Positions 28,737 through 38,973 of a stretch of 64,000 nt of DNA are shown piece by piece; the first letter of the stretch is position 1; every line of letters starts with the position of its first letter. The DNA is from Alphaproteobacteria bacterium. Its GTDB lineage: Bacteria > Pseudomonadota > Alphaproteobacteria > UBA2136. A program made the translations under genes and the position numbers. The stretch spans positions 18,870 to 82,869 of the forward strand of contig JBLILN010000008.1 in the NCBI GenBank assembly GCA_047635695.1, in the 5' to 3' direction. The notes under the pieces were generated by a model, which was not told where the DNA came from, did no database searches, and saw only the letters and a list, made by a program, of their open reading frames with translations.

Positions 28737-29876
28737 TTAAAGTTTATCGACCAACAATTTTTTAGGTAGCGTCGTCAGGTTATCAACACCATCCTTAGTA
28801 ATAGCGACAATGTCTTCAATACGTGCGCCACCTTTACCAGGGTAATAAAGCCCAGGTTCAATGGTTACCACCATATTTTCAAGCAAAGCATTTTTATTAC
28901 GCGGACTAACACCTGGGCCATCGTCATGCACTTCTAAACCAAGAGCATGCCCCGTGCCGTGGAAAAAGCCAAAACTATCGCCATTTTCATCTGTGCCTGT
29001 TTTAAAGCCAGCTTGAATAAGAACGTCGTCCACCACTTTATGAACTTCAGCGCCCGTTACACCGGCCTTGGCCGTGTCGAGCCCCATTTGCTGAGCCGTC
29101 TTCACAGCATTATATAAATCAAGGTGCCAGTCAGACGCTTCACCCTTTAAAACTGTTCTTGTCAAATCACCATTATAAGCGTTACGGCCATGGGGAAAGC
29201 TATCAATAATGATAAATTCATTAGCGTAAAGAAGGCCCGTACCACGGTTATGTGGGTCGGCAGCTTGGGCGCCACAAGCTACAATAGGCCCACCATTAAA
29301 GCCGATACAGCCCTGCTCAGCATTTTTACTATTCATCAAACCTTGGATGATTTCTGACGTTAAAGGGTTCCCCTGCCAAGACAAGGACAGATCTTTATTA
29401 ATGCTCGCCGCCTGCAAAACTTCAAACGCCCGCGCAAAAGCTTGCTCATTTATCTGTTGGCAAGTGCGGATTTTTTCAATTTCTTCGGCCGTTTTAATGA
29501 TACGACTTTCAAAGAAAGTTGTCTGTTTAACGTTGATTTTCAGACCTTTTGACTGCAAGTCAACCATAGCACCAGCAGGGAAGTTTTTAGGCACTTCGAC
29601 TGTGTCTACACCATAAGAATTAACGAAGTAAGTGACAATATCTTTCAGTGCAAAATCTGTATGTCCTGCAGACTCCATCGCCGCTATAATGTCAGTTATT
29701 GCATGAACATGATCTACCTTGGCCACTTTTTTGCCGCGACCAATTTCAAGGGCGTTCAACAAAATATGTGTTTCACCTTTTTCGTCCATAAACCAAATAT
29801 AGTCGTCATGCATTTCAAGTTTTGTTGCGTAGAAACTGTCAGCGCCGCAACCATATATAAGTTTTGCTTGTGTCAT
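28737..29876 (-). CDS. pepP: Xaa-Pro aminopeptidase / M24 family metallopeptidase
   Basis: The M24 metal-ligand motifs ...IIDSFPHG..YNGDLTRT... and HGTGHALGLEVHD... are in place. Confidence 0.8.
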   Translation of the reverse strand: MTQAKLIYGCGADSFYATKLEMHDDYIWFMDEKGETHILLNALEIGRGKKVAKVDHVHAITDIIAAMESAGHTDFALKDIVTYFVNSYGVDTVEVPKNFPAGAMVDLQSKGLKINVKQTTFFESRIIKTAEEIEKIRTCQQINEQAFARAFEVLQAASINKDLSLSWQGNPLTSEIIQGLMNSKNAEQGCIGFNGGPIVACGAQAADPHNRGTGLLYANEFIIIDSFPHGRNAYNGDLTRTVLKGEASDWHLDLYNAVKTAQQMGLDTAKAGVTGAEVHKVVDDVLIQAGFKTGTDENGDSFGFFHGTGHALGLEVHDDGPGVSPRNKNALLENMVVTIEPGLYYPGKGGARIEDIVAITKDGVDNLTTLPKKLLVDKL

Positions 29877-30027
29877 TTTTTAAACCTCTGGATATTTAAT
29901 AGAAAATATTATTATTTACCTTTCTATATTACATGAAAAGCAGATTATTTCACCATGAAAAAGAAATTTTAGCTTAGGTAAATCCTATAAAAAACACATA
30001 TCATCTTTTTAAATGAAAGGCCTATAG

Positions 30028-31153
30028 CTAAGAAATGCGCACAATGCCGCCTGGCTGACGTTCAATGAGGCCCGATAAATCCATGTCGGTTAACATGGCG
30101 ATAACGGCACGCTCGTCCATGCCCGTTAAGCGAATGAGTTCATCCACCGCAACAGGTGTGCTTGATAAAAGATTAAGCAGGCAATTTTCTGGCGACATAT
30201 CATTTTCAACCAATTTTATTGGCATGTCATTTGTTGTGGGCTGCACTGCATCAAAGGACATCACACCTTGCTTGGGTGCTGTAAAACCTGTTAATACTTT
30301 AGGAAGGTTTTCGAGAATATCCTCGACCGTTTGCAACATCGTTGCCCCATTTTGAATGAGGTAATTTGGCCCCGAAGAGCGGATATCGGCAGGGCTACCT
30401 GGCATGGCAAAAACTTCACGCCCCTGCTCACTTGCAAGGCGTGCAGTAATCAATGAACCGCTTTTTTTAGCCGCTTCAATAACGGCTACGCCTAAACTTA
30501 AACCGCTGACAATACGATTACGACGTGGGAAATGATTTTGCGTTGGCGCCATACCCAAAGGCATTTCACTAACAATCGCACCACCTTTATTGATAATTTC
30601 GTGGTAAAGGTCGGCATTTTCTGGTGGATATATATGGTCAAGACCGCCAGCAACTACAGCAATGGTTATACCACCCGCTTCAAGTGTACCTCTATGTGCA
30701 GCGCTATCGATACCGCGTGCAAGGCCACTGGTAATGACATAATTTTCTTTCACCAAGCCAGCTGCAATTTGTTTAGTAAATTTCATAGCTGGGGCACTGG
30801 CATTGCGGTTCCCAACAATAGCCACTTGCTCCTGCCCCCAAAGCTTTTAAATTACCTAAAACACTTAATACAGGGGGGCAATCATGAATAAATTTTAAGG
30901 CCGTGGGGAAAAATTCATCATCTTTAAAGACAAATTGACCACCCAGTTTTTCAAGCATTTTAATTTCACGTGTCAGTACACGTTCAGAAACAACTTTTAG
31001 ATTTTTTTTATAGCTTTTATTTAAGGAAGGGAATTCTTGAAGTGCTGCTTCGGCCGAACCAAACTTATCAACTAGTTTATGATAGATAATAGGCCCTACA
31101 CCTGTAGAGCGAAATAGTTTGAGACTGTTGTATTCTGCCCTTGATAAATCCAT
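30028..31153 (-). pseudogene. dprA: DNA processing protein DprA split by a 1-bp insertion in a G5 (coding strand) homopolymer (ORFs 30773..31153 and 30028..30825)
   Basis: The upstream frame reads ...CPPVLSVLGNLKALGAGASGYCW* and the downstream frame reads (Q)EQVAIVGNRNAS.... Removing one base from ccccc at 30834-30838 gives ...GNLKALGQEQVAIVGNRNAS, the canonical DprA Rossmann-domain entry. Confidence 0.7.
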
Positions 31154-31194
31154 AACTAAAATATACAGATTTCACAGATAAAAATAAAGATAAT

Positions 31195-31776
31195 TTACAG
31201 TAAAGGTGGCAACTTCCGTTCTTTTAGTGGGTAATACTTTAAAAGTTCCTTGCGTAATTTGAATGATAAAATCATAGGCAATACAAAGCTTAAGGTAAGT
31301 GGCGTGTGGCTATCTGCCATAAAAATAGCCGCACAGGGGGCTAAAAGACATAACAATATACAAGCTGTATGTGCACGTCTTAAAAGTAAAAGCATGGCTA
31401 TATAAGCAAGACATAAAAATAAACCAGAAATTGGTTCGAGTATAATAGAAAAACCAAGCAGAGGTAAGGGCGATTTTGTACGTTTAAATTTTAACGCATG
31501 CATATAACAAGCTATCACGGCTGTCAAAAGCGCTGCATATAAAGCCAGTACGTCATGATGAAATAAAAGGCTAACCGTCACAAAGACAAGTGCAGGTTTA
31601 ACCAAGTCACAAACAACCATCAAAAGGCTGGCTAACTTATAACCACGGCACCAAACAGATAAGGCCGACTGCCCCTGCTTTGATTTTTCTATACCAGCTA
31701 ACCAAAAAGCGATAAGTGTAAAAGGCAGCACCCCTACGACAATTGCTAAAAGAAATGATAGTACCCATATATTCAT
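31195..31776 (-). CDS. Polytopic membrane protein, possible degenerate PlsY-like (glycerol-3-phosphate acyltransferase family) homolog lacking the catalytic motifs
   Basis: By-eye alignment to PlsY: SKQGQSALSVWCRGYK..LLMVVCDLVKP against SGSGNPGATNVLRIGGKG..VLIFDVLKG. The helix spacing is conserved but GNPGATN, KG and HxWPxFxGFKGGKG are replaced. dprA adjacency, as in plsY-dprA synteny, supports the call. Confidence 0.35.
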   Translation of the reverse strand: MNIWVLSFLLAIVVGVLPFTLIAFWLAGIEKSKQGQSALSVWCRGYKLASLLMVVCDLVKPALVFVTVSLLFHHDVLALYAALLTAVIACYMHALKFKRTKSPLPLLGFSIILEPISGLFLCLAYIAMLLLLRRAHTACILLCLLAPCAAIFMADSHTPLTLSFVLPMILSFKLRKELLKYYPLKERKLPPLL

Positions 31777-31864
31777 AAACGCTATCTTAGTTTTTTTTTA
31801 TCTAAAAAGACAGTGTCTTTGCATAATAAAAAAGACCTACATATTCATGCAAGTCTTTTTATCG

Positions 31865-32674
31865 TTATTTATTTTTAAAGAGTGTATCTGCTATACGTTC
31901 CCATTCAGATGACATATAACTTTCTGTATCAGCAATGCCACCAAAATATTCATAGAATAGATGTGGCTTAGGGCTCAGAAGATAAAGAAAGCCTTTTTCT
32001 TCAATATAGCTGGCAAATTTTAAGTTTTTTTGGCGCATATACTGCAATGAAGCATCAGTGAGGTATTCTTCCATTTGAGGTGGTGTAAACATGCGATATA
32101 TTTTTATTGTATAGCCCTCTATATGTTCAGGTAGCAATTTGACTAAACCATCACCCATCATTTTCATTTGGCGATGTACCTGTAAAACATGCATAGCATA
32201 TAAAACTTCACTCACGCAGCTATCAATATAACAAGGAGATAAATTACGAGAAGTATAGTAACTAACGGGTACGTCAGCCGTTGAAAAACCTGTCAACAAA
32301 TCCATCGGTTTGGCAGTGGCTTTAAAGTTTTCACTTAATTGACGGATTTCAAAAGCAAAATTATCCATGTTTTTATGATCTTTTATGTCTTGTAGTAAAC
32401 GGGTAATTTTTTCACCGTCTTTTTTCGTTTCATCATGTGGCAAAGATTTGCCGTTATAGTCACTGTCAACAGGCCGTTTTTTGGTATGTAAAACAAACCG
32501 TATTTGCGTTTTGTAGCGAGACTCTTCAAGTAAAGCTAAATAAGGCGGCACGACAATTTCATCTGTATTGACGATAAATTTTTTATCGCCTTTAACCACG
32601 TACACGCAATCGGCGTCGAGGCTGTAAATGTTCATCCCTCTGATATTCAGAAGCAGACGTTTGGGGGTTTCCAT
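31865..32674 (-). CDS. Hypothetical protein (269 aa from the ATG at 32674)
   Basis: RBS gaggtg lies 7 nt upstream of the internal ATG. No recognisable motif. Confidence 0.45.
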   Translation of the reverse strand: METPKRLLLNIRGMNIYSLDADCVYVVKGDKKFIVNTDEIVVPPYLALLEESRYKTQIRFVLHTKKRPVDSDYNGKSLPHDETKKDGEKITRLLQDIKDHKNMDNFAFEIRQLSENFKATAKPMDLLTGFSTADVPVSYYTSRNLSPCYIDSCVSEVLYAMHVLQVHRQMKMMGDGLVKLLPEHIEGYTIKIYRMFTPPQMEEYLTDASLQYMRQKNLKFASYIEEKGFLYLLSPKPHLFYEYFGGIADTESYMSSEWERIADTLFKNK

Positions 32675-32842
32675 AAGATTCACCTCTATTAGGTAATATA
32701 TGTGTGTGTCAAAACCTATGATAAGGTTTAAAAAGAAAAGTTTATGTGTCTTTATTAAAAATAGAGTGTACAAAACACATCAGTATAAAGCAAGAAAAAA
32801 GCCTCTAAATTCAGAGGCTTTTCATATTTTCGCTAGCAGTTA

Positions 32843-33481
32843 CTATGTTTGTGGCTGTTCAAGGCTATAGGCATTGACCATGCCATAACCTGAGGTAAAT
32901 CTACCCACATCAGCAATTCTTACAATGCCGACAACCTGAGGTATAAGACTGATACGTGCATCATTTAACACAGGTATTTGAGCGTTATACATTTTCAAAG
33001 ACTGTTCAAAGTCCGCTAAATTTTCAAAGTTTAAAAGGCTTGGTAAGATTGGTTGTTTAACCATAGCCTCTACCGTTGCCTGAATCAAACCACTAATTTG
33101 TTGTTTAGCCTGTTCACATTTAACTTCAAGTTCAGCCGAACCTTCATAAAAACGCTTTTGCCACCCCTGCGTCAATTCAATTGTAACCGATTCTAAATGG
33201 TCAAATAAAATATCAACAGGCGGCGTATGGTTTGGCATAAAAGCAGCGGCAGACTGGTAAGGTGCAACAACGCTTAGGGCTAAGTCTTTCAGCCATAAAA
33301 CTTCAGGCTTTGCGCCATATAAACGCTTAAATTCAATATTCCAAGCTTTGATAAATGCATTTCTTGTTGCCAAGGGCATTGTAATAGAGGTTGAAATGGT
33401 TTGAGCGTAGTAAATAACCAACGGCTCGTTGGCTTTTTCAGGATTTCCTGCAATAATATCTTCTATTATTTGAGCGTCCAT
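32843..33481 (-). CDS. Hypothetical protein (212 aa)
   Basis: ORF only. Confidence 0.45.
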   Translation of the reverse strand: MDAQIIEDIIAGNPEKANEPLVIYYAQTISTSITMPLATRNAFIKAWNIEFKRLYGAKPEVLWLKDLALSVVAPYQSAAAFMPNHTPPVDILFDHLESVTIELTQGWQKRFYEGSAELEVKCEQAKQQISGLIQATVEAMVKQPILPSLLNFENLADFEQSLKMYNAQIPVLNDARISLIPQVVGIVRIADVGRFTSGYGMVNAYSLEQPQT

Positions 33482-33568
33482 AATGGACTCCTTAAAAGTG
33501 TTCTCTATAATTCAGAGTAAAAAGAATAGGTGAATATAGCTAATATATAAGGACTTAAACACCTAACT

Positions 33569-34042
33569 TCAAGTACAATACCTTAAGTTTTCTAGGACGC
33601 TTTGTAAAAACAGCGACGCAGCAACACTATCCACCTGTTTTTTAATGTCTTTTTTACTGGCGCGCTTTTGTCGCCCTTGGCGTTGTTCAAACAAGGCATT
33701 CGTGGCTGAAACCGTTGACAGCCTTTCATCCCACAGCAATACAGGTATAGACAAATCACGTTCGACATTTTCTGCAAAAGATATACATGACTTTGTTTGC
33801 GGTGTAATACCGCCACTCATATTCAAAGGCAAGCCCACAACAGCGCAAGTAACGCCTTCTTTTTCGATAAATTGACGTAAAATCTCTTTATCCACCTTCC
33901 ATTTTTCACGTGTCAGCGTTTTAAACGGCGAGGCGATCATGCGCCCTTTATCACTGGTGGCAATGCCCACTGTTTTACTACCAACATCAAAGGCAATGAT
34001 TTTTCCTGTATTTGGAAGCTCTCGAGGGTTGCTAATTGGCAT
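33569..34042 (-). CDS. ruvX: Putative pre-16S rRNA nuclease / Holliday junction resolvase-like YqgF
   Basis: GKIIAFDVGSKTVGIATSD matches the G.D.G.K..G.A.SD signature, and ...VVGLPLNMSGG follows. Confidence 0.8.
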   Translation of the reverse strand: MPISNPRELPNTGKIIAFDVGSKTVGIATSDKGRMIASPFKTLTREKWKVDKEILRQFIEKEGVTCAVVGLPLNMSGGITPQTKSCISFAENVERDLSIPVLLWDERLSTVSATNALFEQRQGRQKRASKKDIKKQVDSVAASLFLQSVLENLRYCT

Positions 34043-34098
34043 GTTTTTTGGTATCTATATTATGTTAAAAATAATTAATTAGTTAGGAATCTAACACA

Positions 34099-34389
34099 AT
34101 GTCTATCGATCTTAAAACAGTAAACAAGCTTGCAAGGCTTTCTGCTATGAAATTTGATGAAGAAACAGCCACAGAAATTGCTGGCGACCTTAATAAAATT
34201 GTCGACTTTATTTCTCAATTGCAAGAGGTCCAGACAGAAGGCGTTGAACCAATGTCAAGCACCGTTGACACAACCATCACGCCTGAACGTGAAGACAAAG
34301 TAACGGCAATAAACGACCGTGAAAGCCTGATGTCAACAAGCCCTAAACAAGAAATGGGCTTCTTTGTTGTACCGCGCGTTATTGAATAA
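34099..34389 (+). CDS. gatC: Glu-tRNA(Gln)/Asp-tRNA(Asn) amidotransferase subunit C
   Basis: MSIDLKTVNKLARLSAMKFDEETATEIAGDLNKIVDFISQLQEV... Confidence 0.85.
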   Translation: MSIDLKTVNKLARLSAMKFDEETATEIAGDLNKIVDFISQLQEVQTEGVEPMSSTVDTTITPEREDKVTAINDRESLMSTSPKQEMGFFVVPRVIE

Positions 34390-34457
34390 CATCTAAACGT
34401 GCTATTTGCATTTTGATGCATCATGAGATTTAAAACAAAATATGAGTAAGAGATACT

Positions 34458-35924
34458 ATGGAATTATATGAACTAAGCCTTAAAGAATCGGCTGAAAAAA
34501 TTAAAAACAAAGAAATTAGCTCAATGGAGCTAACAAAGTCATTGCTCGACCGTATTGAAACACGTAATGCTGAAATTAATGCATATGTCACCATCGACCG
34601 TGAAAAAGCGTTAAAAATGGCTGAAGCTTCAGACAAACGCGTTAAAGAAGGTAACCCTCGCCTTATTGAAGGTGTGCCTCTTGGTATCAAAGACCTCTTT
34701 TGTACAAAAGGCGTACGCACAACGGCTTGTTCACATATTTTAGACGGTTTTATACCGCCATATGAGTCAACAGTGACCGAAAACCTTTGGAGCGCAGGTG
34801 GTGTTTTACTCGGTAAAACAAACATGGACGAATTCGCCATGGGTTCTTCAAACGAAACGTCATACTACGGCGCCGTTAAAAACCCTTGGAACTTAGAATG
34901 CACACCAGGTGGTTCTTCGGGTGGTTCTGCCGCTGCCGTAGCCGACTACCAATGCGCAGCCTCCACAGGCTCTGACACAGGTGGCTCTATTCGCCAGCCA
35001 GCATCATTTACAGGTACAGTCGGTATCAAGCCAACCTATGGCCGTTGCTCACGCTACGGTATGATAGCCTTTGCTTCATCACTCGACCAAGCTGGTGCTT
35101 TTGCACGTAACGTCGAAGACGCCGCTTTAATGCTCCGTTCTATGAGTGGTTACGATGAGAAGGATTCCACTTCTGCTGACCGCCCGATTGAAAACTACGA
35201 CAACAAACTTGCTGAGTTTGACATTAAAGGCCTTAAAATTGGCCTACCAAAAGAATACTTTGTCGACGAACTAAACCTTGAAGTACGCGCCATTATAGAC
35301 AAAGCCATTAAAAACTTTGAAGACCAAGGTGCTGAAGTTGTGGAAATAAGCCTGCCATATACAAAATATGCTGTACCAGCTTACTACATTATTGCCCCAG
35401 CTGAAGCCGCCGCTAACCTTTCTCGTTATGATGGTATGCGTTACGGCCTGCGTGTAGAAGGTGAAAACCTACAAGACACATACATGAAAACACGTACAGA
35501 AGGTTTTGGCCCAGAAGTACAGCGCCGTATTATGATTGGTAACTACACACTTTCTTCTGGTTACTACGACGCTTACTATACAAAAGCACAGCGTGTACGT
35601 GCCCTTATTACAAAGGACTTTGAAGAAGCCTTTGAAAAAGTGGATATCATCATCACGCCAACCACACCAACACCAGCCTTTAAGCTTGGTGGTAAAGTGG
35701 AAGACCCAATACAAATGTACCTCAACGACATTTTCACTGTGGCAACAAACCTTGCTGGTTTACCGGGCTTAAGCGTCCCTGCTGGTACAATGACCTATGA
35801 AGGTTCAACCCTACCGGTTGGTGTTCAAATTATTGGCCCTGCGTTTAGTGAACGTAAAATGTTGCGTGCCGCTTATGCCCACGAACAAATGACTAAATTT
35901 AACGTTTTATCGGCACAAGGTTAA
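34458..35924 (+). CDS. gatA: Amidotransferase subunit A (amidase signature)
   Basis: Amidase signature [12 protein letters not shown]...[12 protein letters not shown]. Confidence 0.95.
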   Translation: MELYELSLKESAEKIKNKEISSMELTKSLLDRIETRNAEINAYVTIDREKALKMAEASDKRVKEGNPRLIEGVPLGIKDLFCTKGVRTTACSHILDGFIPPYESTVTENLWSAGGVLLGKTNMDEFAMGSSNETSYYGAVKNPWNLECTPGGSSGGSAAAVADYQCAASTGSDTGGSIRQPASFTGTVGIKPTYGRCSRYGMIAFASSLDQAGAFARNVEDAALMLRSMSGYDEKDSTSADRPIENYDNKLAEFDIKGLKIGLPKEYFVDELNLEVRAIIDKAIKNFEDQGAEVVEISLPYTKYAVPAYYIIAPAEAAANLSRYDGMRYGLRVEGENLQDTYMKTRTEGFGPEVQRRIMIGNYTLSSGYYDAYYTKAQRVRALITKDFEEAFEKVDIIITPTTPTPAFKLGGKVEDPIQMYLNDIFTVATNLAGLPGLSVPAGTMTYEGSTLPVGVQIIGPAFSERKMLRAAYAHEQMTKFNVLSAQG

Positions 35925-35935
35925 GGGATAAAAAG

Positions 35936-36784
35936 GTGTTTAACAAAAAAAGCCAGCCAGAATACTTTGCGAGTCTGCTTAAAACCCTTGTGGTTGAAGC
36001 AGGCTCAATGGCTCGCCATATGCGCCTCGACGCAAAAGCTCAAGAAAAAGATGATATGTCTATTGTCACAACGGCTGACCTTGCGGTTAGTGAATTGATT
36101 GCAGGCAGGCTTTCTAACTTTTTAGAGCGTGATGACCATATTCTTATTGACGAAGAAACAGCTGACAAACTTCCACCAATGGATGAAGTTTTAAGTAAAG
36201 ACTACCAATGGGTACTCGACCCCATTGATGGCACGGCACCATTTTTTGCAGGCTTACCTTTTTACGGTGTGTCTTTAGGACTTATGCGTAAGGGTGAACC
36301 TTGGTTAGGCGCTGTTTACTTGCCAGAACTTGATGACCTTTTTTGGACAGACGGTAAAGGTAATGTGATGCGTCAACGTGGTGCCAAAGGCGCTTCGACA
36401 CCAAGGGCGCTTTTAAAGCCTGATGTTAAGTTATACGACCACACACCCGTTTTAAATACGACACTCTTCGAAAACCATCGGTTTTCGGGATACTCTATTG
36501 GAACAGGCTCAGCCGTATGCGATGGTGTTTTTGCTTGCCAAAGCAATGCAGCAGGTATTATTAGCCAAGCCTATATATGGGACCAAGCCGCTTTATTCGC
36601 TTTATACAAAACGCTCGGTTTTAACATTACAAACACCGCAACAAATAAAGAATTTTCAAAATTTGATGGCACATGGCTAAGTGATAACTGGAAACTCAAA
36701 GAACCTTTTATCGCAGCGCTACCAGAGAATTTAACTTTTATAAAAAACAAATTTGAATACCTAGGCGCTACAAAAGTGGCTTAA
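35936..36784 (+). CDS. Inositol monophosphatase family protein (SuhB/CysQ-like), inserted between gatA and gatB
   Basis: The WVLDPIDGT motif, the upstream IVTTADLAVSE (metal-binding E/D) and the downstream ...WD.AA. are in place. GTG start with RBS aaggg. Confidence 0.7.
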   Translation: MFNKKSQPEYFASLLKTLVVEAGSMARHMRLDAKAQEKDDMSIVTTADLAVSELIAGRLSNFLERDDHILIDEETADKLPPMDEVLSKDYQWVLDPIDGTAPFFAGLPFYGVSLGLMRKGEPWLGAVYLPELDDLFWTDGKGNVMRQRGAKGASTPRALLKPDVKLYDHTPVLNTTLFENHRFSGYSIGTGSAVCDGVFACQSNAAGIISQAYIWDQAALFALYKTLGFNITNTATNKEFSKFDGTWLSDNWKLKEPFIAALPENLTFIKNKFEYLGATKVA

Positions 36785-36805
36785 TTTTAAGAAAGAAGAG
36801 AAAAT

Positions 36806-38251
36806 ATGATACATCCAGATTATGAAATGGTTATTGGCTTAGAAGTTCACGCTCAAGTAACAAGTGAATCGAAGCTATTTTCAGGCTCATCCACAACATT
36901 CGGTGCAGAACCTAACACACAAGCCAACATGGTTGACCTTGGTATGCCAGGTGTGCTCCCCGTTTTAAACCGTGAAGCTGTGGATGCTGGTATTAAACTC
37001 GGCCTTGCTCTTGGCTGTCGTGTAAACCGCCGTAGTGTTTTCTCACGCAAAAACTATTTCTACCCTGACCTACCAAAAGGTTACCAAATTACACAGTTTG
37101 AACTGCCTATTGTTGAACACGGTAACATTACCGTTGACCTCGCTGACGGCTCTACGAAAAATATTGGTGTCACACGTATGCACCTCGAAGAAGATGCTGG
37201 TAAATCAGTGCACGACTTTGGTGCCGACCACCACAGCCATGTTGACCTGAACCGTGCGGGTATTCCTCTCATGGAAATTGTATCAGAACCTGATATGCGT
37301 ACGCCTGAAGAAGCGGGTGAATATCTTAAAAAACTACGTTCTATCCTACGTTTCCTCGAAGTATGTGACGGTAACATGGAACAAGGTTCTATGCGTTGCG
37401 ACGCCAACGTATCTGTCCGTAAAAAAGGTGTAAACACACTGGGTACACGCCGTGAAGTGAAAAACCTCAACTCTATTCGTAACGTCATGCGTGCGATTGA
37501 GTATGAAGCAAACCATCAAGTTGACGTTATCGAAAATGGTGGTGCCATTAAACAAGAAACTATTCTATGGGACACAAACCTGAACGAAACACGTACCATG
37601 CGCTCAAAAGAAGATGCGCATGACTACCGTTATTTCCCAGAGCCTGACCTATTACCTTTAAACCTCACAGAGGAACGTATTGAAGCTTGTGCTAAGTCAA
37701 TGCCTGAGCTGCCTGATGAAATGAAAGAGCGTCTCATTAAAGAGTATGACCTAAGCCCATATGACGCAGCTGTTTTAACACTTTCTAAAGCCAATGCTAA
37801 ATTCTACGAAGTTGTTGTGGGTGGTAAAAACGACGCCAAACTTTGCTCTAACTGGGTAACAGGCGAACTCTTTGGTGCCCTTAACAAACGTGGTTTAGAA
37901 ATGAATGAGTCACCTGTTTCACCTGAACAGTTAGGTGAACTTGTTGCGATGATTTCTGATAATACCATTAGCGGTAAAATTGCTAAAACTGTCTTTGAAG
38001 AAATGCTTGAAACAAGCCGTAACCCGAAAGACATTGTCGAAGAAAAAGACCTTGTGCAAATTACCGATACAGACGCCATTACGGCGATCATCAACAAAGT
38101 CATTGAAGCAAATCCTGACAATGTTGCCAAGTTTAAAGGTGGTAATGACCGTTTATTTGGTTTCTTCGTCGGTCAAGTGATGAAAGAAACAGGCGGCAAA
38201 GCCAACCCTAAAATTGTCAACGAAATCTTAAAAAATGAGCTGAGCGCTTAG
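36806..38251 (+). CDS. gatB: Amidotransferase subunit B
   Basis: The N-terminal YEMVIGLEVHAQV is canonical for GatB. Confidence 0.95.
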   Translation: MIHPDYEMVIGLEVHAQVTSESKLFSGSSTTFGAEPNTQANMVDLGMPGVLPVLNREAVDAGIKLGLALGCRVNRRSVFSRKNYFYPDLPKGYQITQFELPIVEHGNITVDLADGSTKNIGVTRMHLEEDAGKSVHDFGADHHSHVDLNRAGIPLMEIVSEPDMRTPEEAGEYLKKLRSILRFLEVCDGNMEQGSMRCDANVSVRKKGVNTLGTRREVKNLNSIRNVMRAIEYEANHQVDVIENGGAIKQETILWDTNLNETRTMRSKEDAHDYRYFPEPDLLPLNLTEERIEACAKSMPELPDEMKERLIKEYDLSPYDAAVLTLSKANAKFYEVVVGGKNDAKLCSNWVTGELFGALNKRGLEMNESPVSPEQLGELVAMISDNTISGKIAKTVFEEMLETSRNPKDIVEEKDLVQITDTDAITAIINKVIEANPDNVAKFKGGNDRLFGFFVGQVMKETGGKANPKIVNEILKNELSA

Positions 38252-38260
38252 CTTATAAAG

Positions 38261-38298
38261 CATAAAAAAAAGCCTCCTAAAAGGAGGCTTTTTTTATT
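38261..38298. repeat. Palindromic terminator-like repeat, copy 1: cataaaaaaaagcctcctaaaaggaggctttttttatt
   Basis: Identical, except for one A, to the copy at 38974-39010. Confidence 0.65.
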
Positions 38299-38302
38299 TA
38301 AT

Positions 38303-38893
38303 TTACAGTGAAGGACTGTCATCATCCACTAAACTTAGCGTGTCATTATCCATAGAAAGTGCTGTTTCTTTCACAGGACAACGCGTTTTAAATTCTATAA
38401 GTTTATCGTCAAAATTCTCTAATAAAGATTCATCGGTATGGTGTCTGCCTAATGAATCAGCAATATGCCTTGCGCGTTGCTCACTGATAGAACTAACCGA
38501 AGACGACAAACAAAAACCGTTTTCCTCAATTTTATCTTCAACATGTAAAAAAGACCCATCTTCACATACAATGAAAGAATTATTAACATCTATTCTATCA
38601 CTTACACCTTCATTTAAAGAGTCTACAGTTTCGTCATCAAGTTCTATATCATTTACCAGAAGAGGGTTTGTTTCGCTAGCACTAATTGAAGCTAGCTCTT
38701 CATATTCAGTTGAGTTTTCTTGTAAAATTTTATCTGCAAGTGAGCGAACTCCATAAAGAATGTCATCTTGATTATGTTGACTAGTGGCAACCAGGCTTTC
38801 AATTTCTCCGATAGCTTCTTTAATAGCTTCAGCATCATTCAAACCTAATTCTTTATATTTTTGAAATATGTCATATTCACTCATGATTTTCAC
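38303..38893 (-). CDS. Hypothetical highly acidic protein (196 aa), bracketed by the two near-identical repeat copies
   Basis: ORF rich in D/E/S (…LVDDDSPSL C-terminus). No recognisable domain. Confidence 0.5.
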   Translation of the reverse strand: MKIMSEYDIFQKYKELGLNDAEAIKEAIGEIESLVATSQHNQDDILYGVRSLADKILQENSTEYEELASISASETNPLLVNDIELDDETVDSLNEGVSDRIDVNNSFIVCEDGSFLHVEDKIEENGFCLSSSVSSISEQRARHIADSLGRHHTDESLLENFDDKLIEFKTRCPVKETALSMDNDTLSLVDDDSPSL

Positions 38894-38973
38894 CCTCTTT
38901 TAATATTATTAAAACAATCTAAACTTACAAATACTTATAAAGCCTTACAAAAGTAAAAAAAACGTTTCTGACA

